A DNA stretch of 64,000 nt from Clostridia bacterium (lineage in GTDB: Bacteria; Bacillota; Clostridia; Christensenellales; DTU072). The notes under the pieces are model-generated. The model searched no databases. It worked only from the letters and a program-made list of their open reading frames with translations, and was not told the origin of the DNA. Both the position numbers and the translations under genes were made by a program. The stretch covers positions 2,344 through 66,343 of the forward strand of contig JAFVAC010000002.1 in the NCBI GenBank assembly GCA_017476265.1, in the 5' to 3' direction. Positions 1 to 6,380 of this stretch are shown piece by piece; position 1 is the first letter of the stretch; each line of letters starts with the position of its first letter.

Positions 1-46
1 GGACAGGGAGACCGAGGCGGTCACCTTGTTTACATAGGAGGGAATT

Positions 47-478
47 ATGCCGACAAAACCATCATCTTGGGGAATACAAGAGTACGTCCCGGCAGGGAAC
101 GGAGACGCGAGCGGAGAGTACGCGGACGGGGAAGGAAGTAACAGGCGCTTTACGGCGTTTAAGAAACCGGAAAATAGATATTCGGAACAGCAGAAGGCAA
201 GAGTAGATCGTTTTCAAAGTGTGCTCAATAACGATACAGTTCGAGGTTATGTCAAAGGGACGTTCAAGCACTCGCTCTTAGACGATGGTCGTGTTTCGTA
301 TAGTTACGAAACGAAAAAAACCTATGTAAGAGAACATGTTGGGAAAATGCTTTCTCCCGATAAAGCTGATCTTATTGAGCGAACAGAGATAAACTCCGGA
401 TATTTTGGAAAAGACGGTTTGTGGATAAAAAACAAACCGGAAACGACAGAAAAAATAATCAAGAGGGGAAAACGATAG
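47..478 (+). CDS. hypothetical protein, phage/polymorphic-toxin-associated module
   Basis: 143-aa ORF with an AGGAGGG Shine-Dalgarno (SD) sequence upstream. The N-terminus carries YVPAGNGDASGEY, which resembles the PAG..GGxF junction motifs of phage MuF-type proteins. An upstream ORF in the same frame ends at TAG 35-37. No family was recognised for the remaining sequence. Confidence 0.5.
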   Translation: MPTKPSSWGIQEYVPAGNGDASGEYADGEGSNRRFTAFKKPENRYSEQQKARVDRFQSVLNNDTVRGYVKGTFKHSLLDDGRVSYSYETKKTYVREHVGKMLSPDKADLIERTEINSGYFGKDGLWIKNKPETTEKIIKRGKR

Positions 479-479
479 T

Positions 480-1244
480 ATGTGGGACGAAAGCAAACAC
501 CCGAGAGACGATGACGGCAAGTTTACCGACGGGAACGGCACGACCGGATCAAAGGAAAAGATGTTCAGGAGCGGGCGTTTTGCGAAGGAAACCGTAGAAG
601 ACGGACTCACCCACGGAAAAAGGAAGGATAAACAATTTTTTAATCGACAGAAGCCGTTGGGACATCATACCCCTTTACCGCCTTGTCCCGGCTACATCGA
701 TGGCGTAAAACGCAGAGAAGAAGGTATGACACATGAGGAAGCAGACCGTGGAAGTGTAAACCCGAAATACGGAACAAACGATGCGTACAAGCGGAATTGT
801 CAAATATGTGTTGCCACGTATATAGCAAGGCGTAGAGGGTATGACGTTGAGGCACTTCCTTTCATTGAAAACAATAAAGCAATGGAAGAGTATGCGGTAG
901 ACCCGCTGAAATTCTACAAAAAGAGTTTAGAGAAGCCAATAGTTTTTGAAAAAAAGGAAAACGGTGTATCGGACTTTGATTATTTGAAGAAAAGATGCTA
1001 TAATGGAAGTATCGTAGCTCTCAACTTTAATTGGAAAAGTCGTTCAGACAAACACATTATTGTTGCAGAGAATATAGACGGTAAAATCCGGTTATACGAT
1101 CCGCAGAATAATAAAGCAATAGAAAGCGAAAGTGGGATAAAGAAATATCTTTCCAAAACGAACCACTTGCATATTGCCGATCTGACAAAAGCCGACATTG
1201 ATGAGAGAGTGGCGAATAAGACAATGAGGAGAAGGGAGAGATGA
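480..1244 (+). CDS. putative papain-like (Cys/His) toxin domain protein with N-terminal KHPRD..GKF junction motif
   Basis: The protein starts MWDESKHPRDDDGKFTDGNG, a motif typical of junctions in phage SPP1-gp7/MuF polymorphic toxins. The C-terminal part has NC107QIC, then KH192IIV and LYD207PQN in the order of a Cys-His-Asp triad. It resembles Tox-PL/glutamine-deamidase-type domains. Confidence 0.55.
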   Translation: MWDESKHPRDDDGKFTDGNGTTGSKEKMFRSGRFAKETVEDGLTHGKRKDKQFFNRQKPLGHHTPLPPCPGYIDGVKRREEGMTHEEADRGSVNPKYGTNDAYKRNCQICVATYIARRRGYDVEALPFIENNKAMEEYAVDPLKFYKKSLEKPIVFEKKENGVSDFDYLKKRCYNGSIVALNFNWKSRSDKHIIVAENIDGKIRLYDPQNNKAIESESGIKKYLSKTNHLHIADLTKADIDERVANKTMRRRER

Positions 1245-1474
1245 AAGACACGGTAGAAAAGATTATGCAAGAGAAAGGAGCGGTCGATTATATAAAAAGG
1301 GACCATAAATGGAAAGGATATAACATCTACGACCCCATCTTTAACAGACCGGCAGGTTGCTACGGACTACCGGAATATGTTTTAGAAGATGCAGAAGGGA
1401 ATGCCCATAGAGCGTCTTACGACGAAACAATGGAGATTATAGACTTCCTAATTGAAAAAGAAGGGAAGGCTTAA
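1241..1474 (+). CDS. putative cognate immunity protein (hypothetical 77 aa)
   Basis: The start overlaps the toxin stop codon as ATGA. An SD (GGAGAAGGGAGAG) lies upstream. The protein is small and acidic, and a terminator follows it. Confidence 0.45.
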   Translation: MKDTVEKIMQEKGAVDYIKRDHKWKGYNIYDPIFNRPAGCYGLPEYVLEDAEGNAHRASYDETMEIIDFLIEKEGKA

Positions 1475-1500
1475 TTCGGACAAATAAAAGTAGTCAATAG

Positions 1501-1526
1501 AAAAGGCACCTTCGGGTGCTTTTTTC
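1501..1526 (+). terminator. rho-independent terminator
   Basis: AAAAGGCACC-TTCG-GGTGCTTTTTTC hairpin with a T-tract. Confidence 0.65.
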
Positions 1527-1539
1527 GTGGAGAGAGATT

Positions 1540-1623
1540 ATGACTGTAGCGTTATGGATATCTATGTCAATGAGCGTTGCGGCGATCATCATCACGATAG
1601 TAAATCTCATAGTAAACAGATAG
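1540..1623 (+). CDS. 27-aa hydrophobic small peptide (MTVALWISMSMSVAAIIITIVNLIVNR)
   Basis: ATG 1540 sits 4 nt after GGAGAGAG. The peptide forms a single predicted TM helix with a basic C-terminus. The TAG stop at 1621-1623 directly abuts a terminator. The ORF is below the 60-aa ORF-track cutoff. Confidence 0.4.
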   Translation: MTVALWISMSMSVAAIIITIVNLIVNR

Positions 1624-1650
1624 AAAGGCACGGGAAACCGTGCTTTTTTC
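1624..1650 (+). terminator. rho-independent terminator
   Basis: AAAGGCACGG-GAAA-CCGTGCTTTTTTC. Confidence 0.65.
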
Positions 1651-1737
1651 TTGTACTTTGGAGGAGAATATGCTCTCTACTCTTGACAACCAAAAATTTA
1701 AACAGAAAATAAAGCTTATAGAATTGACTAAGCAATT

Positions 1738-1768
1738 AGAAAGAGAGCCGTGCGACTCTCTTTCTTTT
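1738..1768 (+). terminator. terminator-like hairpin
   Basis: Perfect 10-bp stem AGAAAGAGAG / CTCTCTTTCT with an 8-nt loop, followed by TTT. Confidence 0.4.
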
Positions 1769-1966
1769 ACTCATCGGATAAGAGACGATGCGGTCTCGTC
1801 TTCCGTATTTGTGACCCGGAAATCACATCTCTCCGCAAGGGGGAAGGGAGAGGCTGTGTCGAGCGACTTGTTGTTGTAAACTTGACAGCAAGGTTCAAGA
1901 AGCTTAGTATCGGATAGATTGAAGTGATAGTCGAATCAATTATGAGTAAAAACTTATTGCCAATAA

Positions 1967-1995
1967 TTGACATTGACAAAAACACGACGTATAAT
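1967..1995 (+). promoter_or_regulatory. sigma-A type promoter
   Basis: TTGACA (1967-1972), 17-nt spacer, TATAAT (1990-1995). Confidence 0.55.
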
Positions 1996-2007
1996 AGGGT
2001 CGAACAG

Positions 2008-2080
2008 AAAACAAACGGGGTGCCGAAAGGCTGAGATCATACCCGCTGAACCTGTAAGGTAATGCTTGCGCAGGGATTTT
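2008..2080 (+). promoter_or_regulatory. TPP (THI-box) riboswitch aptamer
   Basis: Contains the conserved GGGGTGCC..GGCTGAGA..ACCC..TGAACCTG..TAATGC..GCAGGGA elements. The aptamer boundaries are approximate. Confidence 0.85.
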
Positions 2081-2089
2081 GATTTTTTC

Positions 2090-2114
2090 CTACCGTGCAA
2101 GCGGTAGTTTTTTT
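2090..2114 (+). terminator. riboswitch expression-platform terminator
   Basis: CTACCG-TGCAAG-CGGTAG followed by TTTTTTT, immediately upstream of the thiT SD. Confidence 0.7.
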
Positions 2115-2131
2115 CATTAAAGGAGGTTTTT

Positions 2132-3265
2132 ATGTTAAGTGCTTCTAAGTTTGAACAATACTTTTTCAACTTCAAAAGTACAACCACGACTGCAATATCG
2201 GTGATGCTGTGGATATTCTTCGCATTGTTGATATGTTTCGTCGTACTGTCTCTTACGATGAAAGACAAGAGCAAAGTGATCAACAAAGTGTTTGCCATCT
2301 TGGGGACTTTGTACGTCGCTACCGCTATTGTTTTGTTCGCCGTGCTGAAAGGCATAGAAAACAACGAAGACGGCGGCGTCAATGCTTTGATTTTGTACCC
2401 GATGATCACTCTTGCTATCGTTTTGATCGCATCGGCATTGATCGCGGTCTTTGTCCCCAATAAGATCGTCCGAATCCTATCTTATGCTCTGTCCGGCGGC
2501 GCATTGGTCGCGGTGATCGTGTGTCTTTCGGTCTACTATGCATCGGGAGAGGCGAGTGAATTTAACTGGATAGACCAAGAGAACGTAAACTCCGTAGCTT
2601 TGTGGATAACTTCGGTGGTCCTCATTTTAGTCATCGGAGGGCTTACTTTCCTCGATAGAAGAAAACTGAAGTTCGATACCAAGTCATTGACATACGCCGG
2701 GATCACCCTTGCGCTTGCGTTTGCTTTGTCGTACATTCGTATCATCAGAATGCCGATGGGGGGAGGGATCACTCTTGCGTCCCTGCTGCCGATCATGCTA
2801 TACTCTTATATGTTCGGGACGAAAAAGGGCGTGTTGGTCGGCGTGTTGTACGGTGTATTGCAAGCGATCCAGGATCCGTGGATATTGCATCCGGCACAGT
2901 TCTTACTGGACTATCCGGTGGCTTTTGCCGGAGTGGGACTCGTCGGATTGATGCGCGATCAAAAGCGTGAATGGGATCCGAAGTTGAGTTTTGCGGTAGG
3001 TGCGATTGTCGCCGCATTCGCGAGACTTTTGGCACACTTCTTATCCGGCGCATTCGCTTTCGGCGTTTATGCCGGCGATTGGAATATGACCTCGCCATAT
3101 TTGTATAGCATCGCGTATAATGCGGCTTACGTTCTGCCGGACGCTGCGCTTGCGATCATCGCCGGGATCCTTTTGATGCTCTCGAAGACCTTTACGGGAT
3201 TGGTCTTAAAAACGGAAGATAAGCCTATCGACAATACGGCAACAATATCGCAAGGAGAAGAATAA
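2132..3265 (+). CDS. thiT: thiamine transporter ThiT (ECF S-component-like) with about 180-aa N-terminal multi-TM extension
   Basis: The C-terminal half (about aa 185-350: LALAFALSYIRI..GGGITLASLLPIMLYSY..FLLDYPVAFAGVGL..LAHFLSG) resembles the ThiT/YuaJ family. The gene is under a TPP riboswitch. The N-terminal half has about five extra hydrophobic helices. Confidence 0.7.
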   Translation: MLSASKFEQYFFNFKSTTTTAISVMLWIFFALLICFVVLSLTMKDKSKVINKVFAILGTLYVATAIVLFAVLKGIENNEDGGVNALILYPMITLAIVLIASALIAVFVPNKIVRILSYALSGGALVAVIVCLSVYYASGEASEFNWIDQENVNSVALWITSVVLILVIGGLTFLDRRKLKFDTKSLTYAGITLALAFALSYIRIIRMPMGGGITLASLLPIMLYSYMFGTKKGVLVGVLYGVLQAIQDPWILHPAQFLLDYPVAFAGVGLVGLMRDQKREWDPKLSFAVGAIVAAFARLLAHFLSGAFAFGVYAGDWNMTSPYLYSIAYNAAYVLPDAALAIIAGILLMLSKTFTGLVLKTEDKPIDNTATISQGEE

Positions 3266-3275
3266 CAACGTAAGA

Positions 3276-4187
3276 ATGAAAAGGCTGACCGTCAAAAATC
3301 TAAACGTCAAGTACCGATACGGTGCGCTAGCCGTATCGGACTTGACTTTTTTTGCGGAAAAAGGCGTGACCTGTATTCTCGGAGCGGAAGAGAGCGGAAA
3401 GACTTCTCTTTTGAAAGCGATAGCCGGGTTGATCAAGCCGATCTCCGGGGAAGTATATTTTGATGAGACGCCGTCGGAGCAGCTTCGTTTGAGAGACAGG
3501 AACGTCTGCCTGATCTATGAAGACGGTGGTTTTTTTGAGCGAAAGACAGCATTGTATAATCTGCAATATCCGCTGAAAGTGAGAAAAACGACGGAAATGG
3601 ATATGGCGCAAGCGATCGAAGCCGCGACCGAGATCGTAGGGTTCAAACCGGAAGATCTGAATACTCCCGTCAACAAACTCACGAAAGAAAAGAGAGTTCT
3701 ATTGGGGTATGCAAGGGCGTTTTTACGGAAAGCGGACGTATATCTGATCGACGACGTAATCAAAGACGCGACGGATAGAGACGCATTGTTTTTACAGATA
3801 AAACCACTTGTGGAAAGGCTGGCGGATAATTCGATCGTACTATATGCGACGGACAGAGCGTCGGAGTGCGAGGCGTTAGGGGGGAAGAAGATCGTATTTT
3901 TGAACTACGGTATTCCGATCCGACAAGGGACTTATGCGGAGATCAAAGAGAACCCGACTGATCTAATGACGGTGGAAAAGTTCTTACCCGAAGCCGAGCG
4001 GGAAGGAACGGTCCTTTTTACGGACAAAAACGGTATTTATATTGAAGCATTCGGTAAAAAGTCCTATTTAAGTCAGGAAAAACTGCTGAGCGATATTTTT
4101 CTGAACAAGGAAGTCGTCGTCGTCAAAACGGGAGACGGGATAAAAGTCTTCGACCAAAAAAGCGAGCGATTGATCTATTTCGGTTGA
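3276..4187 (+). CDS. ABC ATPase-like protein with degenerate catalytic motifs and a C-terminal regulatory-type domain
   Basis: Walker A is present (GAEESGKTS). The Q-loop Gln is replaced (IYEDGG). The signature LSGGQ is replaced by LTKEK. Walker B reads LIDDV and lacks the catalytic Glu. The switch His is absent (YATDR). The gene starts 10 nt after thiT. Confidence 0.7.
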   Translation: MKRLTVKNLNVKYRYGALAVSDLTFFAEKGVTCILGAEESGKTSLLKAIAGLIKPISGEVYFDETPSEQLRLRDRNVCLIYEDGGFFERKTALYNLQYPLKVRKTTEMDMAQAIEAATEIVGFKPEDLNTPVNKLTKEKRVLLGYARAFLRKADVYLIDDVIKDATDRDALFLQIKPLVERLADNSIVLYATDRASECEALGGKKIVFLNYGIPIRQGTYAEIKENPTDLMTVEKFLPEAEREGTVLFTDKNGIYIEAFGKKSYLSQEKLLSDIFLNKEVVVVKTGDGIKVFDQKSERLIYFG

Positions 4188-4212
4188 CATCGACAATTTT
4201 TTTATTTATAAT
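4184..4212 (+). promoter_or_regulatory. sigma-A type promoter
   Basis: TTGACA (4184-4189), 17-nt spacer, TATAAT (4207-4212). It overlaps the stop codon of the preceding gene. Confidence 0.5.
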
Positions 4213-4282
4213 ACGTAAGTATTCTGAAATCGATGACGCGTCGGAGATGAAGTCTATTTCATATTTTTGCGATTATGTCAAG

Positions 4283-4313
4283 ACTCCGATCACGTCGGAG
4301 TTTTCTTTTATTT
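4283..4313 (+). terminator. leader terminator (candidate attenuator or riboswitch expression platform)
   Basis: ACTCCGA-TCACG-TCGGAGT 7-bp stem followed by TTTTCTTTTATTT. It ends just before the SD GGAGG at 4315. The 3' arm octamer CGTCGGAG is duplicated upstream at 4239-4246. Confidence 0.45.
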
Positions 4314-4327
4314 CGGAGGTAAATACT

Positions 4328-4585
4328 ATGAAGAGGATCGGCGTAGTCGGGATCGTGGTGACGAATCGCTCGGCGGTGGCAGAACTGCAAGCGTTATTGT
4401 CGGACTTTTCCGACATCATCATGGGGCGTATGGGGATACCTATGCCGGAAAATAAACTGAACGTAATCAGTCTGATCGTAAAGGGGTCGACCGAGCGCGT
4501 GAGCGCATTGACCGGGAAGATCGGCAGACTGAACGACGTAAACGTAAAATCGGTACTGAACACGATCGATATTGAGGAGGCATAA
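4328..4585 (+). CDS. TM1266-like small regulatory protein (NikR C-terminal/ACT-like fold family)
   Basis: The 85-aa product MKRIGVVGIVVTNR..IIMGRMGIP..NVISLIVKG..ALTGKIGRL resembles the family annotated as putative iron-only hydrogenase system regulator. The start was chosen at the ATG with GGAGG 8 nt upstream. Confidence 0.55.
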   Translation: MKRIGVVGIVVTNRSAVAELQALLSDFSDIIMGRMGIPMPENKLNVISLIVKGSTERVSALTGKIGRLNDVNVKSVLNTIDIEEA

Positions 4586-4586
4586 C

Positions 4587-5591
4587 ATGAAAAAAAGATT
4601 TTTTAGCGTACTATTGCTTGTGGTCGTCGCTCTGACGGCGGTATGTCTTGTCCTGACCGCATGCGGCGATCAGGGATCGCAGGAAGAAACGCAGACCTTG
4701 CGTTTTTCCGCGCCGGAAGGGACTCCCGCGCTGGCGATGCTGAGACTGGTCACCGACAACAAGACGATCGGCGGTAAGAATATGACGTATGAAGTGGTAA
4801 GTCCTTCCAACATAGCTGTGGAGATGTCCGCGGAGAAGTCCGATATTGTGATCATGCCCATCAATGCCGGAGCCAATCACATTCGTCAAGGCGCGGACTA
4901 CAAACTGGTCAGCGTCGCCGTAGACGGGAGTTTGTTTATGGTCGGCAAAAAGGAGACGGCTGGAGAGATCACCATCGACGAAATCAAAGGCAAGACGATC
5001 GCTTGTATCGGGAAAGCGGCGGTGCCCGGGCTGGTCTTCCGTTATGTGATGAACGGTAACGGTATCAAAATGATCGAGGAAGGGACACCTAATGCGGAGA
5101 ATAGCGAAGTTTTGGTCAAATACGTCGCGGATGGGAACGCGGCAAGGACGCTTCTTGTCGGCGGACAAGCCGACTTTGCGGTCGTAGGCGAACCTGCGGC
5201 GACTGCATTCAAAGGCGCGCTGAAACTCAATGCGGAAATGAACATGCAGACGGCTTATACTGCTTTGAGCGGAAAAGAAACTTATCCTCAGGCGGGGCTG
5301 TTTGTCAAAAAGAGTTTATCCGACAACGAAGCCTTTATGAAAGAACTCTTCACGGCGCTGCAAGCGAGTAAAGAATGGGCGATCAACAACGCGGCAAGCG
5401 TAACGGAATATGCAAAAGCGAACCTTTATGAAAGTGCGGTTTTCCCGGAGCCGAGTATAGCCCGTTGTGCAATCGACGTACAAGTTTTGACCGAAACAAA
5501 AAAGACGGAAATCGTGACGTTTTTACAGACGATCATGCCGAAAGACTCGCAAGGGAATGCGATCGACTGGACAAAAGTCGCACTGTTTTAA
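4587..5591 (+). CDS. ABC transporter substrate-binding lipoprotein, NitT/TauT (NMT1/ThiY-like) family
   Basis: Signal peptide with lipobox LTAC. Periplasmic-binding-protein-like sequence. GGAGG SD upstream of ATG 4587. Confidence 0.8.
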   Translation: MKKRFFSVLLLVVVALTAVCLVLTACGDQGSQEETQTLRFSAPEGTPALAMLRLVTDNKTIGGKNMTYEVVSPSNIAVEMSAEKSDIVIMPINAGANHIRQGADYKLVSVAVDGSLFMVGKKETAGEITIDEIKGKTIACIGKAAVPGLVFRYVMNGNGIKMIEEGTPNAENSEVLVKYVADGNAARTLLVGGQADFAVVGEPAATAFKGALKLNAEMNMQTAYTALSGKETYPQAGLFVKKSLSDNEAFMKELFTALQASKEWAINNAASVTEYAKANLYESAVFPEPSIARCAIDVQVLTETKKTEIVTFLQTIMPKDSQGNAIDWTKVALF

Positions 5592-5597
5592 CGTAGG

Positions 5598-6380
5598 GTG
5601 AAGTCGAAGAAAGAAAAGCGGGAATGGATAGCGGGCGCCGTCAAGAACGTCCTCTATCCACTTCTTGCTTTGGCTGTAATCATAGGCATGTGGGCGATAC
5701 TCGCAGCCGTAAAAAACAAACCGCTGCTATTACCTATGCCGAGCGACGTTTTCGAGCGGTTTTTTTTGTTGTTCGGTGAACAAAACTTTTGGACAAGCGT
5801 TTTTTCTTCTTTGGGACGGACGTGTTTAGCTTTTGCTTTGTCGTTTATCCCGGCATACAGTTTGGCTTTGGCGGCAATCAAAGTGCAGGCTCTATCAAAA
5901 ATATTCGATACCGTCGTAGCCGTCCTGCGCGCGGCGCCTACGGTCGCTGTTATTCTCATTGCGTACGCCTTTATGCAAGCTCGCACGATGACGGTCGTAG
6001 TCGGGGTCCTGATCGCTCTTCCTATCCTGTATTCCGCTTTTTCAAGCGCGCTCAGGGGGGTGGATAAGAATCTTCTGTCAATGGCGCGGACCTATCAGGT
6101 GAGTCGATCGAGGATCCTATTTCACGCCTATTTTTGTTCGATTCTTCCTTTTATGTTCGACATCTCTCGCTCGACGATATCGCTTACGCTAAAAGTAGTG
6201 ATTGCGGCGGAGATATTGACTCTGGTCTCAAAAAGTGTGGGCGGAGCCATACAGGTAGCGAACGCAACTTTTGAGATGAGCTATCTGCTGGCATGGACGA
6301 CGATGGCGATCGTTCTCAGTTTCGCACTCGAGATCATAGTCGCGGGTATGAAAAAATTCTTCGTGAGGTGGGAAAAGTGA
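5598..6380 (+). CDS. ABC transporter permease, NitT/TauT family
   Basis: Six hydrophobic segments with a BPD-transporter-like loop. It sits between the substrate-binding protein and the ATPase. GTG start. Confidence 0.8.
   Translation: MKSKKEKREWIAGAVKNVLYPLLALAVIIGMWAILAAVKNKPLLLPMPSDVFERFFLLFGEQNFWTSVFSSLGRTCLAFALSFIPAYSLALAAIKVQALSKIFDTVVAVLRAAPTVAVILIAYAFMQARTMTVVVGVLIALPILYSAFSSALRGVDKNLLSMARTYQVSRSRILFHAYFCSILPFMFDISRSTISLTLKVVIAAEILTLVSKSVGGAIQVANATFEMSYLLAWTTMAIVLSFALEIIVAGMKKFFVRWEK

Noticed and set aside
4233-4250. Mini-ORF ATG ACG CGT CGG AGA TGA (MTRRR) in the leader at 4233-4250 as an arginine-codon attenuation peptide.
   Set aside because: No Shine-Dalgarno sequence precedes it, and the downstream operon has no evident link to arginine. 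It was kept only as a note within the leader finding.
4611-5168. Long antisense or alternative-frame ORFs throughout the window. Examples: 4611-5168(-), 10700-11365(-), 13137-13850(-), 14550-15149(-), 22481-23281(-), 28202-28762(-), 33728-34297(-), 40149-40625(+), 58068-58655(-), 59639-60184(-).
   Set aside because: Each is fully embedded opposite or out of frame with a gene that has unmistakable family motifs. Their products are low-complexity (Arg/Ser/Pro-rich), and no SD sequences are present. They are shadow ORFs.
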